Assembly (NCBI RefSeq): GCF_018977255.1
Contig: NW_024704742.1
Span: forward strand, 61,878,001 to 61,942,000
DNA: 64,000 nt
Source: Callorhinchus milii
Taxonomy: Eukaryota
Direction: 5' to 3'
This document shows positions 26,651-40,474 of the stretch, piece by piece; positions within the stretch are counted from its first letter, which is position 1; every line of letters starts with the position of its first letter. Both the position numbers and the translations under genes were made by a program. Under the pieces are notes generated by a model, which saw only the letters and a program-made list of their open reading frames with translations, ran no database searches and had not been told where the DNA came from.

Positions 26651-27459
26651 TAGCAGTATATTAAAGTGAGCTTTTGTTGTTCAAGCAACTAGAATATCCG
26701 AATCTAAACTAAAGCTGTAGTTTAGATGTTTAACTCACCCATATGAAGGAATGCTGCACTATCAAGTTTTCAGTTGATGATTCTGATGCCACAGCAATCA
26801 AGCATCATCCACTGAAATCAGAGCAGTTCCGATTATATCTGGGAATGAAAGCAATTTGTCAAAAAAAACTACATCAAAGAGGACGGCTCTTTTATAAATA
26901 AAGCGGTTCCAAAAGGTTACAATTAACATCTTTTGATTATATCCATTTTGGTGGATTTTTGCTTGAATAATGTCTTCAGATAACACGCATTGAATATGGA
27001 GAAAGGAACAGGGAGGTATGGGAGAGGGGATTAGGAGGGGTGGAGGCATGTGTGGAGTATGAACACTGGTATGGACTAGTTGGGTCTGTTGCCGTGCCGT
27101 AATATGTAATACAACTTGTTTGGCAATTTGGTTAGGAGGATATACTAAGCCTAAGACAGTCAAGCTCAGAGGAGGGAAGGTGAACACAGTCAATAGATTC
27201 TACATCCTAGAACTGATGCACAGAGATGCAGTTCCTGCATCATGCATATTTTTTTGAGCAGAAAGGACCTAAATACCAGCTTTTTAAAAAGAAGCGACCG
27301 CATAATTGTTAGCCATAGTTGAACACGGATTCAAGTGTCTTTTTCGTGCCTGTGATGAGAACTGAAGAGAAACCGAGAATCAATAATTTTTATATTTTTC
27401 AAGGAATATAGTCCCCAAAAAATGGAACATGAAAAATCTGAATTAAGTAAGTGAGTAAG

Positions 27460-27715
27460 CCTAGCAGCCGGGCTTTCAACCTATCTGCCTTCATGCCCTG
27501 GAACTTCATCCCGGAGTGCCTCCGATTCATTCCCTCCCTCTCCTCGTTCAAGGTCCATTTCAAGACCAATCTTTTTCATCTTGCTTTCAATTATCATTCC
27601 TCTCCCCACCCCCAGGGCTCCCACCCTCAGCTCAGGTGCCAAGTAGGATTGTTAAATTCCTTCCTCCTGATATAAAAAGGTGCTATACAAATATAAATTT
27701 ATAATGTATTGTAAT
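27460..27715 (+). mobile_element. L2 LINE 3' end
   Basis: SRAFNLSAFMPWNFIPECLRFIPSLSSFKVHFKTNLFHLAFN is the L2 ORF2 C-terminus. Confidence 0.88.
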
Positions 27716-29539
27716 TATTAGTGTCCTTTAATATTTAATTGCAATATTCTGTGCTAAAGGATATTAACAACAACAACAAAAATTACATTTGTGTAGCCCC
27801 TTTCATGTCAGGAGGACATCCCAAGGCACTGGACAATCAGTGTTTCAGACCTGAGCTGGGGGTCTGAAATGTGTCTGGTATAAAATGCAGCATTAACTGC
27901 CTATTCCTTTAAACTCCCTGGATGAAAACACTTAAATCTGCGTAAAAAAAAGGAATTGGCAGGGTTGCAGATACTTTATAAACTTTTGGAACCAATTACT
28001 GGCATTTAGTAGCAGTGTGTTGTTTTACACTCGAGCATTAAGCCTTGTGCTACATGTTCTTAGAATTAGTTTGCACTTTAATGGTACATAAAAGGCAACG
28101 ATCCATTATACTGCTTCTTTGTATTTCCCTAAACGTGATGTGGGGCTAGGTGTACCAGTAAAAAACTGGTGAAGGAAAGGAGTTTAATTATTTACTCCAG
28201 CTACAATTCAAAAAGGAAAATATTTTTGGGATAACCCGGCTGGTGTTTTCAATCACACAATATGTGTAAGATAACACCATGTGCATTTATTTATTTACTT
28301 TCCAATAAAATGTATATCTGACAAAATATCAGCTTAATCACTGATGGATTTTACAGGAATAAATAAAGTATATGAATCCCAAGTTTGAAGTGAATCAAAA
28401 TAAGGACCTTTTAATTATTATTTTATAAAATTACACTTTATTTTACACACACAACTGTTTGGGACACTGCAGTGTGCAATTGGCTGCCATGGTTCGCCCA
28501 TAAAATACATGGTCTGCTACAGTATATTCTGTGAAGCACTTTGGGATGTCTCAGTGACGTGATGAGGCACTATATCAAATGTAAGGATTATCAGCAGTAG
28601 TCGTAGTTTAAAATTGACCATGTAAAAAGGTTCTCTGTTTGTCCAGACTGAAAATTCACAGTGAGTACTTTCTCCTGTTTGCTATCAACTCATGTGAAAG
28701 GTGGGTAGACATAATAGCAATAATGGTTGCCTTTGGTATATAGGCGCCTTTCACAACATTTACTGTGAAATGGAGCGAATATATTTCATAGGTGATAACA
28801 GCAGCCAATGTACACACAGCAATGTCCCACATACAGCCATGAAGTGAATGGCCAATTTTAAGTCAAGACTCAAAGATGAATAATTACGAATTGGCCAAGA
28901 TACAAGAGGACAGAGTAAAAGGAGCAAATACACTTTCAGACAAGTGGGGGGCAGATAAGAAATTTAATATAGAATCTCACTTGGCCATATTTGGTTATAA
29001 TAACAATCCTTGCATTTGTTATAACACCTCATCATATCAAAATGTCTTCATAGTTGATATTGTTAAGCACTTTGAGATGCTACCTTGCATGAAGGGTGTG
29101 ATATAAATGCAAGTTCTTGTTGTAGTGTGTATTGGTGGGCGAATGCGATAGTTTTCTAAAATCCCATAAGAAACCAGGAGGTAAATGTTCAATTCATTTG
29201 GAGGATTGTTGACAATGACACCAAGAAAAGCTCCCTTCTCTTTTTCAATAATAGTGCAAAATCTTTAAATTCTATATGAATAAGCAGACAGGACCTTGGT
29301 TTAGACAAACGACAGCACCTCCAACAATGTAGTCTCACATGTGACAGTGCCACCGATTGAATCAAGAAGGCATTTGGTTCTGCTTCATTGGAGTACATTC
29401 ATCAGATAGGCTGGGAGTTCAAGTACAAAAAGTGATATTCACAAGTTGCCTGTGATCATTGGTTTGCGAAATCCGAGGCATGTTTGGGAAATTGCATATT
29501 CCTATGCTGGCAAAGTCCAACACAAGCTAGTGAGCAAAC

Positions 29540-29710
29540 AAAACTGAGATAGATAGATTTCTTATTGCAAAAGGGATTAAGGGATATGGGGATAAGGCAG
29601 GGTTAGGTTATTAGCTGGAGTTAGATTAGAAGATCAGCCATGATTGAATGGCATTGCAGGCTCAAAGTGCCGAATGGCCTACTCCTGCTCCTACATGTTA
29701 TGTTATGTTA
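29540..29710 (+). mobile_element. CR1 LINE 3' end
   Basis: GATCAGCCATGATTGAATGGC...GCCGAATGGCCTACTCCTGCTCC + (TATGT)n. Other CR1 tails lie at 26995-27110 (+), 9705-9905 (-) and 29890-29955 (-). Confidence 0.85.
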
Positions 29711-30180
29711 AGATGAAAAAGGAATCCTCATCTCAAGTGGATGTTCCTTCTGGTGACCAGCTCCCGTGGAACCTGAGACAATTTCCCACAGGTCGAAGTA
29801 CCCCACTTTTAGTTATCAGGGACATCTCCACTTGCATCTCGGAATCCTTGTTGAGAAATACTGTCAGAAATTGACGTGTCTAAGACACCAATAAGAACAT
29901 AAGAAAACATGGAAAAGGAAAAAGGGGGAATTCAGCCCATCATGCCCATTTCTTCCCTAGATGTAAATGGTGTTCCATATGCTCACTTTATCTTCTGGGT
30001 ATAAAGGACAAAGATTTAAGTTGACATATTGTGTGGGAGAATGTTTCACAGGTAAAAGTGAGGTGTGAAACTTTCCTGCTAGCATTCTGCTCAGATTTCT
30101 TGGGAAATACAAAATGCTGAGCTGAAGCTGCAGTAGCTCTTGTGTTCCTTGCTCAAACACGGTGGTCTGTTTTGTTTTAG

Positions 30181-30329
30181 CACCAGTGACTCTTGCTGCT
30201 ATGGTTATAATCTTGCAAAGGCTGACAGTCCTATACATCTCTCTGATGTGTGGAGCCAGGCACTGAATAGGCCTTTGCTCATCAAATGCACTGCTCTACT
30301 GTTGAGTTTACGAAATCCTGGAGCAAGAG
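30181..30329 (+). CDS. Candidate internal exon (149 nt)
   Basis: Strong acceptor tctgttttgttttag and donor GAG|gtgagt; only one frame is open (phase 2 to 1): TSDSCCYGYNLAKADSPIHLSDVWSQALNRPLLIKCTALLLSLRNPGAR. Not recognised. Confidence 0.3.
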
Positions 30330-30348
30330 GTGAGTTTTCTCTGTATCA

Positions 30349-30628
30349 ATAATAATAACAATACTAATAATAATACAGGCATTTGATATAGTGCCTTATC
30401 ACGTGTTTGAGATGTCTCAAAGCGCTTCACAGAATATACTGTAAAGTGTAGTATCTGTATTTTGTGGGCGAAAAGCGGCAGCCGATTGCACACAGCAGTG
30501 TCCACAAACAGTCGTTGAGTGAGTGACCAAATTATTATTATTATTTTAAAGGGATTATTACCCCCCGGAAAGCAATCCGCCAGTTGACTAACAACCGGAT
30601 TCCTGCTTACTGTTAGGTAAACAGAGGA
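30349..30628 (-). mobile_element. tRNA-derived SINE, head truncated
   Basis: Reverse-complement tail and core. Confidence 0.9.
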
Positions 30629-31004
30629 AAAATACATCAAGCAACATACATCAGTATGTATAAACTGATGCGAGCAGGAATTTAAAAACAAAATATAAAG
30701 CATGGAAAAGGAAAAAAGAAAATGTGTTGATGAGATACATCAGTTATCGATAGATTTCGGACTCACATCTCATTTAATAATAATAATCCTTGCATTTGAT
30801 ATAGCGCATTTCAGAAGTGCATTTCAATACAATTATAATACAATTTACATTGATATAGTGCCGTTTATAACAGGAGGACATCTAAAAGCAATTTATACTG
30901 CTGGCTGGGCACTCAAAATAGGGTGGGAGTCGAAAAGTGTGGGGAGGAGAGTAAGTATTAAAAATGAAGAGAAAAATCTAAGATTATATTCTTTATACAA
31001 TAAT

Positions 31005-31270
31005 ATTTATATTTGATACAGAGTCTTATGTTATTGAAGCGTCTCAAAGGGTTTCACAGGATTTACTGTATAATGTGTGTATGCTTTGTAGGCTAAAGTA
31101 GCAACCAATTTGTGCACAGCAATGTCCTACAAACAGCCATGGAGTGAATGATCAATTTTATCTAGAAGATTGTTTTCCAGGGCACTAGGCAAAACTCCCT
31201 TCTCTTTTGAAATAGTATAATGCTATCTTCAATGTCCACCTGAACAGAAGGGCAGATGCATTTCATGCTG
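31005..31270 (-). mobile_element. Old Deu-domain SINE
   Basis: AACTCCCTTCTCTTTTGAAATAGT...TCTTCAATGTCCACCTGAACAG, the Deu core in reverse. Confidence 0.8.
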
Positions 31271-31279
31271 AGATAGGTT

Positions 31280-32945
31280 GCCCACCAGGAAGCTTGCAGG
31301 GAGTTCCTGGTACCTGCCAACCACCTAGTGAGCTCTCAAGCTCAAGCTTGTCAGATGTCAAATGACCAACATTCCTCCCGAGAGGGCAGGTAAGTATCTG
31401 GCCTATGTGTGAGCATGCGGCAGCCTTGCGAGATTGAATTCAAACCTTTCTGTTCCTATGAGGGGAAGCTGAATGCACTACAAGGTGACATGTTTGGCAA
31501 AGTAATGTCAGACTTGAACCAGCCCTCTGTGGTGGTCTCAGTACCTAAGCCAGGCAGGTATGAATACTCCAGAGTGACAGCACGGCCAGGCTGACTCATT
31601 AGCAGGACTTGGAAGGGCAGACCAGCCACTGCGGGAAGGGAATCATCCCACTCATCTCCTGTTAAACTCGCAAGGCAAAGCCCGATCGGCCATTGGCTGT
31701 GGAAGCTTTTTACAATGGGGGAGGGGGGTGAATACGAAGCCAGAGGTTGTGGGAGGATCCAAGACTATCTAGTGATTGATTGTGACCTCCTTTTTTGTGT
31801 GAATCTTCACCATCGAAGACAGCATCTTCTGGGTGAAAATGACCACTGCTGACTCCTGCCTAGCCCAGGTTAAAACAAAATCATCCCAAAAAAACGCAGT
31901 TCCAGGGACACGGAATGGTGGCTTACAAACTGGCTGCAGAGATGGAATTGTCTTGACTTGGAGTCTTGACTTGGGGTTCTCAAACCTTGTCGCAGTGAGC
32001 CTCCCTAAGCTAAGCTAAGAAAAAATACAATTGCACTTCTCCATATGAAAGAAAATGTATGGAAGAAAAAATTTAATTCTGCTCATATCCGGAGTCCCAT
32101 AATGTACCCTACCCGGGTTTGACTGCTTACTCCACACCATCACTTTCCAGAGGTAATAATCCTTCAAAAAAAATTTGGTTGCTCAATCCACGATTGTTTA
32201 TGAGACACTGCAATGCACAACTGGCTGTCACATTTCACCCACAGAATACACAGTCAATCCACTTTACAATATATTCTGTTAAACGCTTTGAGACATCTTA
32301 ACCACATGATAAGGCGCTAAATCAAATTAAAGGATTATTATTATTATTATCGCTCACTCCTTCCATAGTTCCCCCCTAAATTCCACCTTCATCCAATCTC
32401 TTCAGGAAAAAAAAACTCTGCCTGAAAACTCCCTAATCTGCAAAAGTATGCGACCAAAACTGCAGAATAGTTATCCATTTCCCCATATCCGCTGTTCAAC
32501 ATCAGCCTGGTTTAACTCCTGTCAATCTTGCTCATCCCTGCTATGCAAGGAACTAAAAATACTTACCTGTGAGTCTGGGAAGAAGCTGAGCTATGTGTGC
32601 CAGCCTCACCTGATCTTTCTCACAAGGCTGATGCATCCCAGCACAGAGCCCAGCCACTTCTCTCTTGACGCTGAACCAAGCTCACAATCAACATTGGAGG
32701 AGGTGGAAATATACCTCCACCCTCTTCCATTGTTTTTATTGGGGGACGTTAGGGTGATCCTAGCTGGACAAGCAGTGGGAAAGCCTGCTCTAATTGTCAA
32801 GCTATGCGGTTTTAGCTGGTTAGATTCCAGCAGTACCCCAACATACACTCTGGGGTCTGTAAGCCTTGACTCTTGCCAACCTGCGCCTAATACTTTGCGG
32901 AATTAGGTAAGCAGGACGCGTCCTTCCAGGGAGAGAGTGTGTATT
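31280..32945 (+). mobile_element. Family A copy interrupted by a ~1.05 kb insert that itself carries a SINE (32091-32349)
   Basis: 31440-31690 and 32748-32945 are reverse complements of contiguous parts of 60760-61230. Confidence 0.75.
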
Positions 32946-33599
32946 TAAAAAAAGCACAATTGTAACAATTCAGTAAGACTGACTACAAGAATTCTTCACA
33001 GTTTTGCACGTAACTAAATATTAAGACATGAGTATTATGACTTATAAAGGAGCTAAGATTAGGTAGAATTTTGGACAAATCTGTTTTACTCTCTGGCCTT
33101 TATTCGGCCTTTGCTAGCTCTTGGGATCAGCAATTTTGCCAAAATCACATATTAAATGCTTTTGATATTCGCAAACGCGAAGTCACACTCAACCCATTGA
33201 ATCCAATTTGCTCATATTGCAAAGTAGGCCTCACTGCATTAGTATTAGTATTGGGACTATGTCTGAATTATCTTGAGATTTCCTTTAACAGCAAAATAGT
33301 ACAGACAGCCTATTAGATTTCTGCCACCATGGGCTCTGCTGTATACTGAGAGCAGCACTCTTTTTGATAAATCTTTCTAATAAAAACCACAAATTGAACC
33401 AGGTGGTGATTGGATCACTATTCATACTTTTCACCATACGGCAGACCTCATTGGCTGAATTTTCAATCAACACAAGGGATATAAAAGTTTGTTTTGAAAA
33501 AACAAAACTGATCGTTTTAATTGCTTTTAATTGGTATTTGTGGTATGCTGTTAGTGGGGTGGGGTGGGGGGAGGAGGATTGTAGGAATAGCTCAAAAGT

Positions 33600-33813
33600 C
33601 AGAAGGCCACCCCCTCTGTACCAATGTGACATATTCATTTCCCACACCAACCGTCCTTATTTATGGCCTCCCTGAGTGAGCTTGCCCAATTAGTGCCACA
33701 TTATGGGTAGTTTTGGGCTGTTGACCTGAGTCCACTGGGAACTGTGTTCAGATTGCCCAAACTTATTTCATTTAGGACCCTTGACAGCTGTTGAAGAGGA
33801 GAGAGACAGAGAC

Positions 33814-33848
<35 letters not shown>

Positions 33849-33915
33849 GAGAATTTCATCGGATCAGTCTGGGCTGGTTTTGAATCTAGGCCCCAAGGGA
33901 GAGAGAGGCAGTGTT
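33600..33915 (-). mobile_element. LF-SINE-like element with an internal (GA/GACA)n microsatellite at 33797-33851
   Basis: CCAATTAGTGCCA, GTCCACTGGGAACTG, AACTTATTTCA and CTGGGCTGG.TTTGAA blocks are colinear with the reverse complement of LF-SINE as recalled. Confidence 0.7.
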
Positions 33916-34392
33916 GTTAAATGTCTTGCTGGTCAGTGAGTTCTCAGGTATCTTAAGTGCTTGGTGCAATTCTGGCAGAAATGTATCCTGAAAGTAGACT
34001 GGTGGAATAGATAAAAGCATGAAGTTTAGTGAAATCAAAGCAGCAGATATGATCAGCAATTTGAAAATAAAATGAGCACCACTCCCAATTCCTCTTATGC
34101 ATCTCTGTTCTCTTTTCCCTCATGCAAGCAAACATTCTCTTAAAGACATTGATGATACATTTCCCCCATGAGCAAGGAATAAACTCAGGGGGCAAGTCAA
34201 TGGTGACCAGTTCAAATGCAATAGAATAACACAGAAAAAGTTCAATGATGAAGGAAATTCCACATTGATTTGCAGCACATTAGTTCAGGATTGGCATATC
34301 AGCTCATATCTGTGTTTCCCCATATGTCATGGTCCCAATCTTATTGTGTCATTGTTTGGAAGCTCCAGGGCTTTTCCATAGGGAACAAGAGT

Positions 34393-34605
34393 TTCTTTTT
34401 GATTAGCCGGATGTCGTGACACCTGCCGTAACCTATCACCATGCTTAAGAGTATCCAAACCAGAGTTAGTCCATGTATTACCACCTACACACCACTTGTC
34501 TGGAAATAGAACATGTGCTCTCATCCTGGAGGGACACACCTTGATTACCTAATTCTGAGTAAAAGGTACAGGTTGGCAAGAGCCAAGGCTTGGGATCCCA
34601 GAGGG
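34393..34605 (-). mobile_element. Unclassified dispersed repeat family A
   Basis: CCATGCTTAAGAGTATCCAAACC and GGTTGGCAAGAGCCAAGGCTT are shared with the other copies. Confidence 0.8.
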
Positions 34606-34704
34606 AGGAAGTGCAATTGATATATCACGATCTCATGTCTGTTTTCAGGGAATTACAAGAGGGTCTCGGCATATGTTCCATGCCTACCCTTGTCTGGGAA
34701 GAGG

Positions 34705-35020
34705 TTCACAGAATCACAAGATTGTTTCAGAAGAAGTAGGCCCTTCGATTAATCTGATCTCATTCTCCAGAATACTCTCCTTACCTCAAGAATCTTTCCA
34801 ATACAACTTCAAATTGCTTTTTAAATGTCCCCATTGTCCTAGACTTTATCACCCTCCTGGAAATCTGTTGCAGTCATTAATTACTCTCTGGGTAAAGAAA
34901 CACTTCCTGGTAGTTGTACTGAAATTGCCCTTTGCAACTCAAAATATATGTTGTCTTGTTCTACTGTTTAGGTGCATCTTAAAGTATTGGTTTAAGTTTA
35001 CTTTTTCATTCCCATTTAAT
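34705..35020 (-). mobile_element. CR1 LINE 3' fragment
   Basis: ACTCTCTGGGTAAAGAAACACTTCCT is the reverse of the CR1 RKxFFTQRV motif. Confidence 0.75.
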
Positions 35021-36887
35021 TAAGATAGTAGCTTGGTGATCTTAATCAACAGGATATTAATGCCAAATAAAGATGATATCTTTTTCTCATATTATTATAA
35101 ACCTACAATACTTATACTGACTACCGGAGAGCTACAAAGGTTTTAATTCCCAGTGTGGAGATTTTGTGAACATACAATGTTTACAATAAAAAGGCTCACA
35201 TTTGTAAAGTAAATGACTTTAAACCACACAGGACTAACAAGCAAATGAATTATATATCATTAAGCCATAAGAATCTTAAACATTTATATAAATTTACAAT
35301 ATTCTGTACATTGTTGCACCATGACAAGAAACACAGTCAGATATGTTGCTTCAGTCTCCTGTTACTGTGGACCTTTAATACATTTTGACACAGCTGCTAA
35401 ACAGGTTCACCTAATGAAGCCATTTGGGCAGCATCCAGTTCTGTACGTCCAATATGCTGCATAAAAGTTAATATAACGGTTATTTGTGCAACACTGCTGT
35501 GTACAAAATTGGCTGCCGCGTTCCCTACAAAACACAGTCACTACACTTTGCAGTATATCCTGTGACCGGCTTTGAATTATCCTCCTGAAGTGAAAGACAC
35601 TATATCAAATGTAAGGATTATGAAGGATTATTATATTACCTTCAGAGTGAGGTAACCAGGGACAATGCCTCTCTGCCCAACGAAACAAATAGTCATACAA
35701 ATAAATCAGTATAAAGAATGCTTTCATCGTGTGGTTGGAGAGTCTAGGAATGTACATGTGGATCAGAAAAAAAAAGAGCCTGACTTTCATTAGTGATTGC
35801 ACTCTGCAAGCTTCTTTGTGCATCTTCCAAAAAATTGTTGACGTTTCCAGCCTTGTCTCCGACCTAAATCTTTGAAAGTTGCCAACTTTTCTAGTGCAAG
35901 CCAGCTGGCAAGCACTGAGGTGCTATATTCTAGCTGATCAGGGTAATTAACAGCCCTAGCTGTCTGAAGGTGACAGCAGGCAGAGAGGCCTAGCCCCAAG
36001 GGTCACATCTGTACCCATGTTGCTTGCTTCTGGTGCAGCCATTAAGTCCAGATACCTGGCACTATAATACTCACTTAACCATTTAAAAGGTAGACGCAGT
36101 GAGGTTTGCTGAAGTTACTTGCAATTTAGGAAGTAATATTAAAATGTTGCTATCTTGTTGAAATAATTGTAACTTAAATAGAAACGTGAATTCTGAACAG
36201 CATCCAATTGCAATGACTCAAGGTTACATAAATCTATGCTCTCAGTGAAATCCAAGTATCATTCCGCCTGTTACAATTTATTAGCAGATCCATAGATACA
36301 CTTATCAGTGAATATCACTAGGCCAGAAATCAAAGCCACAAAGAAAAACCTAAGAGACATTATAGTCATGTCATGTACTCAGAGCCAACACATCTGTGAT
36401 GAAATTCTGGATGGAGAATTTTTACCTTTATTGTGAAATACAGAAAATTAAGAATGATTCATTCATTAAGATTCCCTGGTCACGGAGGAGTTTGCTTACA
36501 AGGTTGTTTCATTTCTAAAAAAATGTTTTAATACTGATTTGCTTAATATAACCAGTCACTACACTCTACACAGTAAATCCTGTGAAGTGCTTTGGGAAGT
36601 TTCAATGATGTGATAAAGCCATACCATATCAAATGCAAGGAAATGCGAAGATTTGAAAATGTATGCATTATTTTACCAAGGAGTCTGTCACTGTACCTAA
36701 TTTTGAGGTGTCGATTTCATTGTCTCTGCCTTACGTGTCTGTCTATTCATTGTCTCTACCTTTGAGATAATAATAATAATAATCCTTGCATTTGATTTAG
36801 TGCTTTTCACGTCTACTAGACATCTCAAGGTGCTTCACAGAATATACTGTAAAGTGAATTGATTGTATATTTTGTGGGCGAGATGCC

Positions 36888-37375
36888 TGTTATGAAGGTA
36901 TAAAGTTGAATTATTTTGCTGTGTGACAGAGTGATGAGGTGTAACAGGCTTATGCCTGTGGTTCCCTCCCAACCTTAGCTGGACTATCAAACAAACCAGA
37001 CAGCTAGTTCTCTACAGACTGACTAAGAGAATTAGAGGGTTGTTCCATGTGCACAACTAAGCAGAATATTGTGGGTAAAGGTATGAATGAACGTAGGATT
37101 GTGCAGGACCAAAAAAGACAACTACTGTCCCTCTGGTTTGTTTCAAAGCATATATATATATATATATTAAATCGTACACCACTCTATATCTCCTATACTC
37201 CTCAATCAATCTTTTCACCAATAATGTATCCCAATTCTCACTCCTCCAATACCTCACTATGCAACGTATTCCCTGTTTTAATCACATTCTGTGTAATTCA
37301 ACTAAAAGTGAACTGTTTACATTCTCTCTTCTGGGCTTGTCTGTGTGTCGCCTTGTTCTGTACCTACATTTGACA
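36888..37375 (+). mobile_element. Possible solo LTR
   Basis: TG...CA ends (TGTTA / TGACA), TA-rich box, ACTAAA followed by a GT-rich 3' part; no convincing TSD. Confidence 0.3.
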
Positions 37376-39929
37376 GTGTACATTTATGTTGGTAAATCCC
37401 TGTTATAAACGCAAGCCATCAGGGTCAGTGAATTTATGACCAGGACAAACCTAAACCCCTTTAGTGTCCAGCACTGGATAGAGTTGCCAGCAGATTGTCT
37501 GGTCATCCGCTCAGTCAGGGAATGATCCCTACATGTGAAGTGCCTAAACTAACTAAAAGATGGAACTGAAATATAATTGGAGACAGCCGGTGGAGATACA
37601 CACCTCCATAGAATGGGTCAATGTTCACTTTCCCTTAAGAAAATTTGTGCAATCAATCTTCACTTCTTTTCCATATGTGGCTCATCTAGTGTAATTACTG
37701 TGGCTATTTTGCTTGTAACAGATAAGTAGAGAAGCAGGAATAATTATGTCCCTTGGCTAGTTGTATTGTTTGGGCAATGGTTCCTCAGTAGGAACTTATA
37801 AATTTGCAAAGAAACAGTCTCCCCACCCTCCAGTCAGTCTACCATTGGTGTCTAATTTGTGGTATTCGTTAACCAGATTTGTTGTGTTAATGGCAACTTC
37901 CGATTTGTAAAATGCACAACCGGTGAATTACGAATATTTGCCTATAAAATACAGAGTCAAAGCAGTTCACAATATATCCTGTGATACACTTTGAGACATC
38001 CTCCTGACTTGAAAGGCGTGATACCAATTGCAAGGATTATTATTATTTGATAATTTGAGAAAGCCATAGCCAGAAGTGAAATTAATGCAACAAATCTGGT
38101 TTGCGACCATCAAACTTCAGTTTCCATTATTCAATTTATTCTTGCTCACTTGTCTGATCTGATGTTGGCAGAGCTAAGACCAAAAGGATGCTTTTCCAAG
38201 ATGCTTATTTTAAAAAAGCTTTATTTTATCTGCTATTTGGATTTAGTATAGACTGAAGATATTTTCTGAAAACAAATGTACAGATATGATCAGCTGAAAT
38301 GCTCTTTAAACATGTAATCACTAACGCAATGTGCAAACCTACGCAAAATTATTACTAAGGCATTTAGCATTAAGCGTCATATAAAACAGACTTACACGTT
38401 TCTAACTCCATCATGAAGACACAAACCTGCAAAGCCTACCTTGGAATAATGTGAATGTGTAAATGAAAAGAAAACAATCTTTAAATTGTTTACCAATAGG
38501 AAGTGCTCCAAGACACTACCCCGCGTGAAGAGTGCAATATAAATGCAAATTGTTGTTGAAAGCAAAAGCTCAGAAGAAAACACACAACGGCAATAGAATA
38601 ATGTATAAAATTGTTGTTTAGTCATTATTCCGATCACACATGTTTAGTCTTAGTAAATTTACTGATACTCTGTGGTGTGTGATAGTATTTACTGGGAAAT
38701 GCTATGGAACAACAACAACTTTCATTCATAAAGCACCTTTCATGTAGAGTAATGTTTTGAAGTACTTCACAGGGACAGGATTGAACGCTAAACAAGGGGG
38801 AGAGGGGAGAGAGGGGAAGAGGGAGACAGTTTTGACATTAAAGGCGTTTTAAAAATGCAAATTGGTTTTTCTTTTTTGTGATTTTTTTAAAATAAGATTC
38901 ATGCAATAATTGTTGACTTCCAGTTGGAGACATTGAAAGCATTTAAATTGTGATATTCCCAAAACTGCTAATTACAGAAGCTGGAAAAGTATGAAGAAAA
39001 GCCAGCGAAGTCTCCAGTATATATTTTAGGAATTTGTCAGGTTTTGGGATTTGCAAGTTACTCTCTTCCCAAATTAAGCCCCAATTAAACACCATCAATT
39101 GTGTGTTTACATGTTTTAAGATATAGAACAAGCTCTGAGAATGAACCTGAACACTGCAGCTGAATCTTACAATACAATTGATGAAACTATGTAACACACA
39201 CCACTGTTATCCTCAGTCATACTACAACCTAGTGTTTAATTCCAGCCAAACTTATTTTATATCCATAAATTTATTGTTTGTAATTCTCTCCCAATTTCCA
39301 CAGTCCAAGCCAACTCGGTTCAGCTGGAAGAAGTGAAAGTTAAATACTGTACTGCGTGTGAACTGACTGATTGAGCAGAATAGAATATGTGCCAGAAAAT
39401 CCTTCCTTGTTTGTAGATTTTGGTTGCCAAGCATGCAATAAAATTACATTATAATCCTTGCATTTAATATAGCATCTTATCACATCGTTAAGACATCTCA
39501 AAGCGTTTCATGGGATTTACTGTAAAGAATAGTGACTGTATTTTGTAGGCAAAGACGTCAACCAATTTAAACATGGAAATGTCCCACAAACAGCCATGAA
39601 ATAAATGACCAATTTTGTCTGGGCAATTGTTGGCCAGGACACATTAATACGAAGTAACAAGTTTTTTGTGTCACCGTAAATGGCCGCTGGATTTATCTCC
39701 AAAAGCATCACTAAACTGTATAGTAATTACTTCTGAAATGGATGCAATGTTCGTCCACAAGGTACTATACTTCACAGTGAAGTGCTCTGAGATGTGCTCC
39801 TGACATGAAAGGTGCTATGTCAAATGTAAGGATTATTTTTATTCTAAATGCTTTGAGACAATTCAATGTGACAAGGCACGATGAAAAAGCAAGTTATTTG
39901 TCTTGGTTCAACTTAGTAAAATCGAACCA

Positions 39930-40470
39930 TTCTGTTTCCGATGCAGAGCAGAGAGAAGATACACATTATTAACAATGTCATCCTCCACCTCTTGCAGATT
40001 ATAAATCCTGAAAGTGACAAATGTAAATGAAACCCGAGCCACAGCTCGCTCTTAACGAATTCCTTGGCATTGAGAAGCATTAAGCAGTTTCAAACAATCC
40101 TCTCTCAGGACATTGGGAGGGCAGCTAAGCTCCGAAAGGACCTGTTATTAGTTTGAAACGTTGCTCATTTTTATCGGCGTTTGAGTCTGCTCATTATTTT
40201 TGATGGTCATTATTTATGTACATGCCTGTGTTTGCTTCTGTGTGGTTCGCTGGGGTGGTAGGTCTTGTCAAGACCAATCAAAACAGTGCAGAAAAAGTAA
40301 AAGCAGTTATTAAATGTAAAAGTGTTCCCAGTAGAAGTTAATCACAGCTTTTTTTCACCTTCAGTTAATTTAAGCTTCTGCGGGTGAGATTTATTTTTTA
40401 ATTAAGCCTCTCGATGTCCCATTTGTTCAGCGCAAACATTTTAGGTTCACAATTAACATTGTTTTCTTTT
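39930..40470. promoter_or_regulatory. Candidate conserved non-coding element immediately 5' of an exon
   Basis: Repeat-free, CpG-retaining, rich in homeobox-type cores (TTAATTAA, TAATCA, CAATTA). Confidence 0.45.
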
Positions 40471-40474
40471 GCAG

